Assembly (NCBI RefSeq): GCF_009914755.1
Contig: NC_060927.1
Origin: the human T2T-CHM13v2.0 reference genome, Homo sapiens
Length of the DNA: 64,000 nt
Reading direction: 5' to 3' (one strand)
Shown: piece after piece, positions 41,336-55,099 of the stretch
Numbering within the stretch: the first letter of the stretch is position 1
Layout of the letters: the number at the start of each line of letters is the position of its first letter
Position numbers and translations under genes: made by a program
Notes under the pieces: generated by a model
The model's database searches: none
The model's input: only the letters and a program-made list of their open reading frames with translations
What the model was told of the DNA's origin: nothing

Positions 41336-42689
41336 TCATTTTTTAAAATATATAATCTATATAACTTTCTACAGCACAACTGGTAGGCAAAGCAAAGTAA
41401 ATCCAGTTCTCCAATTTCCAAAGACAATTTTAACTTGTTGACTCAGAAGAATTAGGAAGAAATACAAATAATTAGATTTGAACCCTAACAAAACTTGAGT
41501 TTTTATCTCCCTTCCATCACTTACTATACAGCCCAGTTCTTCAAGTAGGACTTGAGGCAACATCAAGCCCTTCACGATCCCATGACCAAGGAACACTCTC
41601 TACCTCCCCAGACTGAACGTAACCACCATTTTTCCACTAACACCACGGCCCACAGAGCACTGTGGGAGAAATACCATGCCTGGAGGGTCTTTCTCTGAAG
41701 AAATGATCTAAAGTAATTGTCTAAAGCTCTCAGAAGCATTGGCTTGAAGGAAATTGCCAAAATCCTGAGAGATTTGGCATTTTGAGTCATGTGACGAACT
41801 GCCCACAGAAGGCGGATTTCAACAGGAGCTGTAACTGACTGTGAATTCTGACGGTCGTCCACTGGTGATTAATGACATCAGGGAAAGCAAGCCAGCAGGC
41901 ACCAATGTTAAGAGAGAAAGCTATTTTAAATATCCCCGCATTTTAATTAAATATTTCTTCTTATAACACTTGCAACCTAAAAATAGTTCTGATCTGTCCG
42001 CAGGGGCCACTTCAAGTCGACATGGAGAAGTTTAATTAGATTGCCTCAAGCAAGAATGTTATTCTCCAAGTTTCACGATATTGGCATTAACTCCCGGACT
42101 GAAGTAAGTGCAATTTACACATGTGTGTGATGCCTGCTGAAGTGGAGGACAGTATTTTCTACAAAATCCTGATATCAGAAGAGGCTGGAAGAAAGGCATT
42201 TGTAATTGACTTCATATTTACAATTGCTTAAAAATCCAGCAACTGGTGATCATAAATATGTTTATCCCTTTAACACAGAAAGTGTTTGATATGCTAAGTT
42301 AGACCCAGATTCAATGCAAGAAGAAAAATGTACCCACGTGAATACCTGGTGGAATAGAAACACTGTTTATACCACTCCCACAAGGTGTAATTTTAACTGA
42401 ATTACTGTCAATTTGTCAACAAACTACCAGGCAATTCATTAAACTACTGGTTATTCGGCAACCTAGACTATTGACATATTTAAGCAACACACTACTGATA
42501 AACTTGGAAAATATCTCCTATGTTTTGCTACTCGAAATACTCTAGCACTCTCAATCATATTCATTCAGTCATCCATCCATTCATTCAACCAGCTCTTACC
42601 AAGTATCTATTAGGAACACATGAGTGATGACTAAATCAGACAAGGTCTCTATCCTAATGCTGGGGATAGTCTAGAAAACTCCCCAAAAT

Positions 42690-43325
42690 ACTGTGTGTGA
42701 ATCTCAAATTCTAGAAGGAGAACTGTTGAGTTTGAGGCTTTTAATAATGCATACAGCAATGCCACCTCCACTAGCAGTTGACCAGACACTTACCATCATT
42801 CTTTTTATCATTGCCAGTTTGACAGGCAGAACATGGCATTTCAGGTTTGTGTTTTATTACCAGTAAGACTGAATATCTTTCCAAATATTTGTTGACCAGA
42901 TGTACCTATTTCATGAGTTATCTTTATGTCCTTCACTTTGAGTTCTACATACAGGCCTCTGCATATTCTCTGCACATTTTTTGACTGGTTTTCTTCCCCT
43001 TCATAAAGTATTTTACACAGTAAATACATTAACCCTTTGTCAGCAAATAAATCTGTAAATTTGTGGTTTCTCATGATTTTGAAATTTTTGGCTGTGCTGA
43101 AGATTTTTTTAATTTATATAATCAACTTTGTCTTGATATTTCTGCTGCTACCTTCAGTAATATGTTTAGAGACATTCAGTTTCCCCAAATTATGTTTTTT
43201 TAAACTGTTTATTAATCATTTCATCTTGTTTAAATCTTTAACTCATCTAGGATTTTGATATGAGCTGAGAGGTAGGATCTAGTTATATTGTTCCCCATAT
43301 TCAACAAGCTGCCCAAGTTTTTCTT
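42690..43325 (-). mobile_element. Old L1M fragment
   Basis: TTGCCAGTTTGACAGG...AATATCTTTCCAAATATTTGTTGACC...TTTAAATCTTTAACTCATCTAGGA. Confidence 0.65.
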
Positions 43326-43848
43326 AAACTTTCCAAGCGTTTCTACCAGTGTCCAGAGACACAGCTCGAAGGGGGCCTCATTCAGCAGTCCACAGCATCA
43401 AATGACCGCCAATGGAATGACCACAAGGCAATAAACAGGTTTCATCATAAATTATGGAGGAGAGTGCCAAATATTTTCTGAGAGTATTATTAAGGAAAGT
43501 ATTTTGTCTCAAAGCTATTGCAGGAGGGACAAATACTATTAGAACAACCAGAGGAATATTTACTCTGCACCAGTGGTCAAAAGTGGTGAGGATGAAAAGG
43601 GATGCAGATCCTACAAATGCCGGGTGAGACTGAAGGACAGATTCTCATTTTTAAAGATCAATCATAATTTTCTTCACAAGAGTATTTAAACGTTAATGAA
43701 TTCAGATGTTAACTCCCCGTGCCAGGACAAAATGTTTATGACCTTTCCACAGGTTACAGCCAGGACAGCCTGGCCGCGTCGACAGTTTGGAAGACTGAGT
43801 ACAGGGAGCTGTGGCTTCCTGCTTGACATAGAATCATCTCTGGGCCTG

Positions 43849-44162
43849 GGCCAGGTGCAGTGGCTTATGCCTGTAATCCCAGCACTTTGGGAGGCTGAGG
43901 TGGGTGGATCACCTGAGGCCAGGAGTTTGACACCAGCTGGCCAACATGGTGAAACCCCATCTATCCTAAAAATACAAAAATTAGCCAGGTGTGGTGGTGG
44001 GTGCCTGTAATCCCAGCTACTTGGGAGGCTGAGGCAGGAAAATAGCTTGAACCTGGGAGGAGGAGTTTGTGTAAGCCAAGATCGCGCCACTGCACTCCAG
44101 TCTGGGTGACAGAGCAAGACTCCATCTCAAAAAAAAAAAAAAAAAAAGAAAAACAAAAGAAA
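43849..44162 (+). mobile_element. AluSx-like
   Basis: Full dimer; 19-bp TSD AGAAT(C/T)ATCTCTGGGCCTG. Confidence 0.95.
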
Positions 44163-44440
44163 AGAATTATCTCTGGGCCTGGGAAATGCAGAGCATTGGT
44201 TGGTTGTTGTTCTAGCTAGAGGCAGAAGGATGGACTTGGTGTATAGAGATCCCTGTTGACTAGTCTTCAGATGCCTCATCTCTAAGATTGTCTTTCCTTT
44301 GTTCCTTGTTCCTTTATTTCATGTTTTCAGAAACGTAGTGGTCCCATGTTTGAGACATGTCCAATTACCTCCATGTATAGCCTCCTCTCCTTCCTTTTCT
44401 AAAATATTTAGAGAGCAGCTCCTATATGCCAAGAACTCTT

Positions 44441-44710
44441 TTTGTTGTTTTTGAGACAGGGTCTCACTGTTACCCAGGCTGGAGTACAGTGGTATGATCA
44501 CAGCTCACTGCAGTATCCACCTCTGAGGCTCAAGTGATCCTCCCACCTCAGACTCCTGGGTAGCTGGGACAACAGGCTCATGTCCCCACACCTGGCTAAT
44601 GACTTTTGCCACGTTGCCCAGGCTGGTCTTGAACTCCTGGGCTCAAGCAATCCACCTGCCTCAACCTTCTAAAGTGTTGGGATTAGAGGCATGAGCCACT
44701 GCACCCAGCC
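44441..44710 (-). mobile_element. AluJ lacking the middle A-rich linker, inserted in L2
   Basis: GGCTCAAGTGATCCTCCCACCTCAG; TSD T(A/G)TGCCAAGAACTCTT. Confidence 0.92.
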
Positions 44711-44795
44711 TTGTGCCAAGAACTCTTAATGCAGTTGAGATACTGTGCTGGACAAGACAGACAAGGTCCTTGACCTCATGGGGCTTACATTCTAG

Positions 44796-45107
44796 AAGGA
44801 GGTTTGCAAACTATAGCCAGCAGGCCCACTGCATATTTTTGTAAGGTCCAAGAGCTATAAATAGTTTTTATATTTTAAAAGATTTTTCTAAATCAAAAGA
44901 ATATTTCAAAACACATGAAAGTTATATGAATTCCAACTTTCAGAATCCACAAAGTTTTACTGGAACACAGCCAGATCCATTCATTTATACATTGCCTAAT
45001 TGTGTTCTTTCACACTGAAACAGCAGAGGTGAGCAATGGGGCAGAGCCCGTGCAGCCACAAAGCCTAGACCGTTTTCTATCTGGACCTTTACTGAAAAGT
45101 TCTGCTG
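44796..45107. mobile_element. MER58B-like hAT element
   Basis: GCAAACTATAGCC...AAAGTTTTACTGGAACACAGCCA...TCTGGACCTTTACTGAAAAGTT. Confidence 0.8.
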
Positions 45108-45367
45108 TTGAAGGCAGCAGACCAAACAGGAAAATAATATGGTTACAGACTGTGGAAGACAGAGGACATAATTGGGGTGAGCTGACAAGGTCAGAGAAGA
45201 CATCGCTGGCTCTCCAGTAACAAAATGTTAGCTTGGGAAGGCCTGTGGCAGGAGGCGGGGGGAATCCAGGCAATAGAAATAGCAAGTACCAAGACCTGAG
45301 GCAGGAAGAGCCAGAAAACCAGCAAGTGCTGGGGCAAGTGAGAATGGGATGTAAGGAGGGGAACATG

Positions 45368-45632
45368 AGAGAGTTAAAGAGAAGTTGATCAATGGGTACA
45401 AATACATGGTTTGATAGAAGAAATAAGAACTAGTATTAGAGAGATCAGTAGAGTGACTATAGCTTACAATAATCTGTTGTACACTTCAAAATAGCTAGCA
45501 GAGACTTCAAATGGTTTTAACATAAAGGCATATATTTAAGGTGATGGATATCCCAAATATACTGATTTTATCTTTACAAATTATATGAATTATTGCATAT
45601 ATCCCAAAATTATGTACATCCATTATGTATCT
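45368..45632 (+). mobile_element. L1MA-type 3'UTR end
   Basis: AATGGGTACAAATAC...GATAGAAGAAATAAG...GGTGATGGATATCCCAA. Confidence 0.8.
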
Positions 45633-46799
45633 TTTTTTTCCTTTAAAGGTGAGTTAGGCAGAACCTGATTACTTTGACTGCAGGGTGATGGCACGGAAAT
45701 ACAAGTATTGAGTAGACTCCAGATGTATTTTGGAGGCAGAGTCCACAAAACTTGGTGTTGGATTGGATGTAGGGAAAGGGAAGAGTGAAGGGTAGGGGCC
45801 AGATTTCTGGCTCAAACTAGGCTGGTGGCACCATTGCTGAGATGCGGAGAACTGGAGAGTCACAGTTTGCATAAGACTAGGGAGAGAAATCGAGAACTTG
45901 TCTTTAAGAAGTCCAGGGAAAGATGTCAAATAGATTGTTTGATCTAAAGGTCTAGAACTCAGAGCAGAGTTTGGGATGGAGACAGGAAATCTGACAAGCC
46001 TGCCTTCTGAGGTTGTGCGTTTAAGAAGACTCATCTTCAAGATCCCACTCATGCACCAGCTGCCTCCTTGCCTATAGGCCATGGGGCTTCCATGGCTGGC
46101 AGCAGCAGATGCTCTAAGGAAGCCCCTCCTCTTCCAACAAAAGGAGTGCCTGATGACATGCATCGGGCCATCTGACAAACATTTGTGAGCATCTTTTGAG
46201 TCCCATTATCTCCTTAAGTCACACGTCAGTCACTACCTACTGTCCCTAGGCGTGAAGCCATTGCATAGGCAGGACTCCTCGAGGGAGGATGAGTTTTTAT
46301 TACAAGGTCACCACACCCCATTATACAGGGCTCATGAAAAATGTTTCCCGCCCAACTTCAAGAAACTAGGGCCTGTAAAAACCTACCTCCTGCTTTCAGC
46401 GGGAAAGCTCAGCTTGGAAACTCCAGGGTGGTTAGGTAGACAAGAGGGCTCTCTAGACTTCTAAGAGCATTATGACTTAAGTGGGTCACTGAAAAACTAT
46501 TAGGAAGGTTACCTCCCAGGCAACACTAGCACTAGCTCCCCATCTTCCTGGCAAGCTCCATCCTATAAGTAGGCAAGCACAAAATTACCCAATTTGTACC
46601 CAAGATCCCCTCTGCATTCTTTCAAGCTGCAAGGACATTCCAACATCCAATTCATAGAAGTGTTTACCAGCTCCCAAGGTCCACAGCTGACTCAACACAT
46701 TAATTTCCCATCTCCACCGCAGGGTACTAAGTGAAGACATTCCAAGTACCAGGAAACCATCAAGTGACAATCTTGACAAAAGTTTTGTGTGCTGCCTTG

Positions 46800-48190
46800 G
46801 AAACACCACTAGCTCAAATCTAGAAGTTGGGTTCTGTGTACTGGTTCTTCCACCAACTGGCTGTTTGGCACAGGATATCCCCTCTCTGGATCAGACTTTT
46901 CATCTGTAGCATGAAGGAGTTCATTTCCTGTTTCAGAAGGCATCTGATAAGCATGGCAGATGCTGTGCTAGGCCCAGGGATACAGATACTGGTAGAAAGG
47001 TCCCTGCTCTCAAGGAAACGAGAGTTGAAGTTGGATCCTCTCACAGGGTGGCATGGACAAAGAGATCATGCTGCATCTGGTATGCTCAGGGCTAAGCACA
47101 TGACAGGAATAACCTCATTGTGCCTAGCAATCCTATGAAAAAGGCACTCTTACTATCCCATTTTAACAGATGCAGGAACCAAGATTTAGAGTAAGTCACT
47201 TATCCAATCAAGGCACATACTTTAGAGCAAGTAAGAGGCAAAGCTGGGGCTCAGTCCCAGGAAGGCTGAATTCTGGTGCCCTTGTTCTTCAACACCCGAA
47301 GGCCCTCTCAGTTGGATACAGCTTACCAGACAGGTTATGTCCTGCAATGCCAGTGCCAACGTTCAGTCAGTCCATGAGCAGAGGGCCCCCAACAGCTTTG
47401 TATGGTCTGATAATTATATGCTGTGCCACTTTCTGAGACTCTCTGGACTCCGGCTTCCCCAGAAGCAGCCCAGGATATCCAATACAGGAGGCTCCTCAGA
47501 AGCCATCAAGGCAAATCCTCTTATTCTTATAGATGGGGGAAACTGAGGCAGGAAGCAGCAGAATGACTCGACAAAAGTCTCTCCAAGAATTAGCAGGAGA
47601 GCAATGCCAGGATCTCAGTGGAAGTCCAACCTCATGGTCTCATCCATTTCCATTCTACTTCTTGAGTGCCATTTCTTAATGAAGGAGAAAACTGGGGCTC
47701 AGATAAAGGAACGAGTTTAACCAAAGTCCCCAGCCAGAAAGTAACAAAGCAAGGACTTGAACCATCTATTGCTGGAGGCGAGATGCAAACCAGTTAGGAG
47801 CATGGGCTTTGAAAGCAGAGGAAGTTGGGTTTGGACAATCCTTACTATGCAACTTTAGGTAATTGATCTGACACCTGCAAACTGGGAACAATCCTAGTGG
47901 TGCCCTCATTAGGTCATTATGAGGATAACAGAGGGAGGCTGGCACAAACAAAGGGTCGAGCACACTGTTTGGAAAATAGCAAGCGCTCCACAAATGGCAA
48001 GCCCTGGTAAACATTTATTGAACACCTACTGTGTGCCAGGTACAATTCCAATGTTTTTATCCTTCTTTACAACCTACTTGGTGGGTCTTCTCCTACTTTT
48101 CATATGGACAAATTGTAGTCAGTCACTCATCCCAATTGCCTAGCTGTTGACAGGATTGAAATCTGCACATTCTCCTCCAGACCCCTGAAC
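46800..48190. mobile_element. Cluster of about 6 MIR fragments in both orientations plus an L2 piece
   Basis: Repeated cores CATCTGTA, CCCATTTTAACAGATGCAGGAACC, GATGGGGGAAACTGAGGC, GGAGAAAACTGGGGCTCAGA, CATTTATTGAACACCTACTGTGTGCCAGG. Confidence 0.7.
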
Positions 48191-49294
48191 TCTTCCTTGC
48201 TGAGCTATACTCCTGCCTGCACCTGCCTTCAGTGTTGTAGTAAAACAGGCCTAGGGAGGGCATGGTTGGCATTCTTTCTACCACACAGCAAAGTTGCCCT
48301 TCCAAAAAAAGCCATGGGGGATGAGCAGGGAGAGAAGCCAGGGACCGGTGGGTCACACCATGCAAGGAGGTAGGAAGCAGTCGTCTCCAGGGCTGACAGC
48401 AGTAAACACATTTCTGACCAGGCAAGGTCTCAACAGCCCAGAAGGCCAGGAAGACCAGGCCTGGATCCCTGCTCTCATACCCCATCTTCTCACAATGCTG
48501 GGGAAATGAGAGTTCTTGTTTGGATGGGCTTTGTGGTATGGCCAACTCTGGGGAGAGACTGGCTTTCGCAGATACCATGGATGCAGGCTTTAATGAATTG
48601 AAAGGGCCATGCTCAGCCTGGCCCTCCTTGGCCCAGAAGTGAGCAGGGTAGGTAAAGTCTGCCTTTTTCACTCAAATGACAGCTTGTCTTCTTAAGCAGA
48701 AGTGAGGCTCCAGGAATAGCTCCACTTAGAGCAAATGGGCTTGTCTGCCACATCTTGGAGTATTTGTCTTCTTTCCACAGCGTTTTTCTTTGGATCTACA
48801 TGATGTTAGGGCTGTTCCTCCACTTCATTCCATTCTGAGGCTCGCAGCTCTCCCATGTGCTTCAGAGAAATAACAGAACTGCAGGAGGGTCTTACCTTTA
48901 GGGTTAAAACACGTTTGCATCACATCTTCTTAAAGTGGAAGAAAGGGGCACAGATGTGAGTGTTAAACTTTTTTGACTTTATTTGTCCCTTATGGTTTCC
49001 TTACCAAGAGTGATGGATAATCTACTTGGGGACTATTCTCTCCCTGGGCTCTTCTCACACGTGCTCACAATGCCAATGTCACCATCACAGGGCATGAATG
49101 AGCACAGCCCAAAGAGCCACATGTCCAGGAAGTACAGACAGGCAGGGACAGTGGAGATCTTCTGAATGATATGGGGCTTTGAACTAGAGAAACCCCCAGG
49201 GTCGTTGCCAAGGCTAAGATACTATGCTTCCCACCGCATCTTCTGAAGTGGGTAGGATGGGATGAGCATCCCTGCTGTGGATGAGGAATTTGGT

Positions 49295-49500
49295 AATAAT
49301 TATAGTTAAGCCCTAAAACTTTACATATGACTCATTGAATCCCTATACAACCTTATGTGGTGGGTAACAGTATTATTCCTATTACAGAACTGAGGCACAG
49401 AGAGGTTGAGTAACTTCCCCAAGGTCACACACGTAGTTTATAGCAGATCTTGAATCTGAGCCCAGACAGACAGGCTCCAGAGTCCCTTTTCTTAAACTGT
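49295..49500 (-). mobile_element. MIR
   Basis: AACTGAGGCACAGAGAGGTTGAGTAACTTCCCCAAGGTCACAC. Confidence 0.85.
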
Positions 49501-50197
49501 AAGAAGCACAGCCTGTCTAAGATAGTCCAAAAAGTTGAAGTGACTAGCCCATAAGATACTGAATCGTGGCTTAGAATCTAGCTTGTGACCTTAACAACAA
49601 ACCACACTGGGTTTAGAGCCCAGAGTCAACTGGTGTGATCCACATGCTGCACGGGATGGCCAATGCTCTTCCCAGTCTCCCCAGTTCTCCCTAGTGCACC
49701 CTTCCCTTTCCCACCAGAGCCTGTGCAATCACTAGCTTCCAGGCCTTCGAACCCTCCTGTCCTTCAGCCTGGTGCACACACACCTTCCCCTGTGCCTGGA
49801 CCAGCCTTACTCACCCTTCAAGACTGAACCTAAACCTCCTTGCTGCCTTGGCTTTCCAAATCTGGTTTTTGTACCCCTTCTGCCTGTACCAATATCAAAC
49901 CCAACTCCCTGCCTCTGCACATCTCATAGCAATGATGCATGGGAATAGGAATATGTAGTCCCCTTGCAGACTTCCAGCTCCAAGAGGGAAGAGATGGGCT
50001 CTGTACTTGGCACATGACAAGCATCTTACTACGTTTTTAGTGGCAGGAATTTCAGGATGGTGTGGAGCTTGTGGCTTCCCAAGTACACCTCAGGCAGAGG
50101 TTTCATGAGGTCTCGCTTCAGCTCCTCCAGGGTGCTGTGTTCTCCCTCACCCCTGGGCCTTTGCACATGGCCTGTCCATGTCTGAAACACTCTCTAA

Positions 50198-50593
<396 letters not shown>

Positions 50594-50600
50594 TAAAGAA

Positions 50601-50687
50601 GCAGTTCCCAAAGTGTGGTACCTTGACCCCTGAAAGTTCCCTGAAAGGGAATCTGCAAGATCAAAACTACTTTCATCAATTACTAAT
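50601..50687. mobile_element. Charlie1-family terminal fragment
   Basis: CAGTTCCCAAAGTGTGGTACCTTGACCCCTG...AGATCAAAACTACTTTCAT. Confidence 0.6.
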
Positions 50688-51339
50688 CATTAGGGATATA
50701 CAAATTCAATCATAGTAGGTGCTCAATAAATCTTCAGAAAATGAGTAAACTGAAGTCCCACTGACAGACCCGAGGGCCAGCCTATCTGTGTGCCTCGGAC
50801 AAATCCCACCTCACTAGGGTAACTGTAAATGCCATGCTTGGGGAGAGGCTGTGGAGGGCTCCTCCCTGAGGAACAAAGAGGAGGAGAAGGAGCAGAGGCA
50901 ACCCCTCCCCTGGAATAGGGTGCCCCGCCCCCGGGCAAGACTGTCAGGCTCAACATGGTGCCAAAATGGGCAACTTCCCACTTGGCTCTGCATTTTTCCC
51001 ATTCCTCACACATGTATCTGGAACACATTGGAAAGGGGTCAGACTGGTTTGGGTAACTCTGAACATGGGAGGTAGGGCTGGAAACCTGTGGAGAAGAGTA
51101 TGACCTCTGAAAGAGTTCATGGATACGGCCAGGGTGATGCCACATGCCAGCCTGGGACAACCTCCACTCTTGTCCTACCCATCTGGAGGCCTCTGGCTCT
51201 GCCTTCACCCATCAGAGACCCTCCTGAGTCTTACTTTGATATCCCTCCCTAGCCCACTTCCTATGTTATCTTTCTCCTGTTGCCTCCCCTGACCCAAATC
51301 ACAAACTCAACCCAGGCCCTGCTCCATGAATAAAAATGG

Positions 51340-51590
51340 TAATAATAATAGCCACAAATTATTATTTCCCATCTACTGATCCCTCATGTACCAGGTAAAA
51401 AGAGTCACACATATTCTTCCATTTTATCTTTTGAATAAGCCCTCACATCTTAGGTACTCACATTTTCATTTCATAGATGAGGAAACCGAGGGTTTAAAAA
51501 GTGACCTGATTCCCCCACGGTCATAAAGCTGAAACTCAAACCCAGAATCGTCTGACACCAAAGTTTGCTTCATAACCTCTGCACCACACC
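51340..51590 (-). mobile_element. MIR
   Basis: CATTTCATAGATGAGGAAACCGAGG...CTCAAACCCAG. Confidence 0.7.
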
Positions 51591-52161
51591 AATATCCCAA
51601 GAATATAAAATAATCAGTCTAGAAGCCAATTCATTTTCTCCCAAATCAAGGACATTTAGGAGCTTGAATGTAGGGGGAACATTCCTACTCATGGAACACA
51701 GTTATCTGCGAAAACTAGTTGAAATCTAGTTTCAAATTAAATTTTCACCACTCTCCCCAGGAGTTCACACAGGTGAGCAGCTACAAGGGACTGAAACATC
51801 CACTTCCGCGGCCCACTCCGCTCTCCAGAAGACAAGAGTCCTTCAGAACAGGGAGAAGTTTAAAAAAACACATACACACAAAACAAAACAACTTCTTTCA
51901 CTTGGAATATCCCTGAGAAATCCAGGGTTAATGTTCAACTCTGGGTGTGTAGTGGAGACCAGCCCAGCCCACAGGTTCAGCGGAGCAGAGAGCAAAGAGG
52001 CCAGCCAAGGGGCACTTCCCTGCTCATGTCTCATAGTCAAGGGAAAGCACAGCCTTCCAGCCAGTGTCCACCCTCCAGGGGCGGTCAAGGTGACCAAACG
52101 GAAACTTGGTGAAAAGGCACAGATGCAATCAACATCACACAAGCTACCTCTAGGTCTACAC

Positions 52162-52752
<591 letters not shown>

Positions 52753-53569
52753 TCGTGGATAAAGCACATGGTCAACCCTAGAGTCCAGGCCCTGGACACA
52801 GCACACCTGGGGTTTCTTCCTCCACCCCCTCAAATGCAGTTGGTGCAGTCACCAGCCCCACCTTCCTCTTCTTTGAATCCTGCCCCTCCCTTGCTCCAGA
52901 CTTCACCAAGTCTCTGCATTACAGTTCACATCAACCCTAAGTTGCTCTTTCCAGCATCCTAAGCCACCCTGGTTGATCTGCTGGCCCCTGTCCTGACCTT
53001 AGTAAAGGGCCCCTGGAAGCTGTCTCCATACTCCTTTCATCCCTTCCGGCTTCTTGCCATGCCAGGGCCACAGGTAGAGAACAACCCCCGTCCTGCCCCT
53101 ACCCTTCAGAACTTTGCCTTCCCTTCAGAAGTTTGCATGTAATCGTTCCTTCCCCTCCTAGTTAATGAGCTTCTGGCTCCCAGGGTGCAGGGAACATGGG
53201 CCCAGACTTGCCCCTCTGTCTGGAGCTGATTGCTGTCTAGCCACTCCCACCTCGCCCTAGTGCTCATGCCTAACAGGTGTGGGTCCACTGAATCCAGCCT
53301 CTCACCCTCAACCTGCACACCTGTTAGGCATTGACAGTGGGCAGAGCAACAGGAACTGGACGTTCCCAGCTCCCTCGCGTCCCCCTGAGACGCTTCTTTG
53401 CAGTGGCTGTCTGCCTGGCTGCTCTTCCTCCAAGAACTGTGTCTCTTCCAGAAACCCCCTCCTACCCCCAGGCTTCCCTTCCTTCAGATCGACATGCTTT
53501 CACTCTTGGGATGCCAGAAGCACTTACCACTGGCACAGATGGAAGCCCCTATTTACTGTCTGAGGTCAT

Positions 53570-53970
53570 TGGATCCTTATCTAGCACTTTCACCTGCAGC
53601 ATTTAATCCTTGCAGCAATCCATGTGGTAAGAATCATCCCCATTTTACAGATAAAGAAAGTGAGGAGGTTCAGAATGATAGAGGAACTTACTCAGGAGCC
53701 AGGCTCTGAACCCAGGCAGTTGGTCTTTATGCGTCCATGCTATTTAGTATCATAAGACAAGTACAGATGGACCAGGGTTTGAATCCCAGCTTTACCACGT
53801 TCAAGGTCCGTGACTTTGTGCAAGCTTCTCACTCTCTCTGTACTCAGTCTTCTCATTTATAAAAGAGAGGCATCTCAGAGTTGTGAGAATTAGCGAGTTA
53901 GTGCAGGGTTTACACTTAAAACAATGCCTACAGGCGCCATGTGGTAATTCTCAACAGTAGCTACTGATAT
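53570..53970. mobile_element. Two adjacent MIRs in opposite orientation (- then +)
   Basis: CCCCATTTTACAGATAAAGAAAGTGAGG, then GGGTTTGAATCCCAGC...CTCAGTCTTCTCATTTATAAAA. Confidence 0.7.
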
Positions 53971-54123
53971 TAATGAGTGTTCAGTCTTGTTCTCTCCTCA
54001 GTTGTGAGGTCCTGCAGTATAAGCGATGTGCCCTGGGCCATTCTTCCTACCCAAGTCTCTAGTGATGGTCTGTGAGGGTGCTGTACCCTGACAGTGAGAC
54101 AGAGGGATGTGGGTGCATGTCGA

Positions 54124-54784
54124 TATTATGCACTGAATGTATGTGGTTCCCCAAGATTCATATGTTGAATTCCTAACCCCAGACATGGTGGTATTTGGAG
54201 AGGGGTCCTTGGGGAGGTATTTAGGGTTAGAGAAGTTTATGAGGGTGCGTTCCTTATGCTGGATTAGGGGCCTTAGAGAAGGAACACTGAAGAGCTTTCT
54301 TAGCCCCACCCTCATGAGAGGAGGCAACAAGAAGGCAGCTGTCTAAAAGCCAGGAAGAGGCTGGGCGCGGTGGCTCATGCCTCTAGTTCCAGCACTTTGG
54401 GAGGCTGAGTTGTGGGGATCACTTGAGGTCAGGAGTTCGAGATCAGCCCGGCCAACATGGTGAAACCCTGTCTCTACTAAAAATACAAAAGGGCATGGTG
54501 GTGGGCATCTGTAATCTCAGCTACCTGGGAGGCTGAGGCAGAGGTTGTGGTAAGCCGAGATTGTGCCACTGCACTCCAGCCTGGGTGACAGAGTGAGACT
54601 CTGTGTCAAGAAATAAATAAATAAAATAAAATAAAGCCAGGAAGAGAGCCCTCACCAGAAACAAGCCATGCTAGCACCCTGATCTCGGACTTCCAGCCTC
54701 CAAAATTGTGAGAAATTCAGGTTCTGTTGTTTGAGCCACCCAGCCAATGGTATTTTGTTATGGCAGCCCAAGCGGACTAAGACA
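54124..54784 (+). mobile_element. MLT1A solo LTR split by an Alu
   Basis: CTGAATGTATGTGGTTCCCCAAGATTCATATGTTG...GCAGCCCAAGCGGACTAAGACA; TSD GTCGA/GTAGA. Confidence 0.88.
54359..54632 (+). mobile_element. AluSz-like with two internal deletions
   Basis: 13-bp TSD AAAGCCAGGAAGA; missing ATTAGCC and the GAGAATCGCTTGAACCC block. Confidence 0.93.
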
Positions 54785-55099
54785 GTAGATTGGTTTGCTT
54801 CTGCTACTCGTTTAGAAAAGTTTAGAAGGTGAGGAATGGTGCTGCCTAGGCTCACAGGAATCTCCAAGTCTCAAGAGCTCCTCAGCATGGAGGCCCTAAT
54901 GGATAATACAGGAAGATGGTCTTTTCACCACCTCTCTCTCAGATCCCCTAACCAAGAAAAATCTGTTGTAACAGTTTCTGTATGAGAAACAAGCTCAAGG
55001 GCCCAGCACCCTGGACACTGAACAAGTAGCATGTTCTACCTGAAAGCTTCACACATCATGGAATCCAGACCATGCTTTAAAAAATCACCATCATCACAA

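Larger units (their letters stand above)
44400..45990 (-). mobile_element. L2 fragmented by AluJ, MER58B and L1MA insertions
   Basis: CAAGACAGACAAGGTCCTTGACCTCATGGGGCTTACATTCTAG; TTTTGGAGGCAGAGTCCACAAAACTTGGTG. Confidence 0.65.

Noticed and set aside
48123-48671. Longest ORF in the window (182 aa, minus strand)
   Set aside because: No recognisable domain, non-ATG start, overlaps a MIR at one end; compatible with chance in GC-richer DNA.
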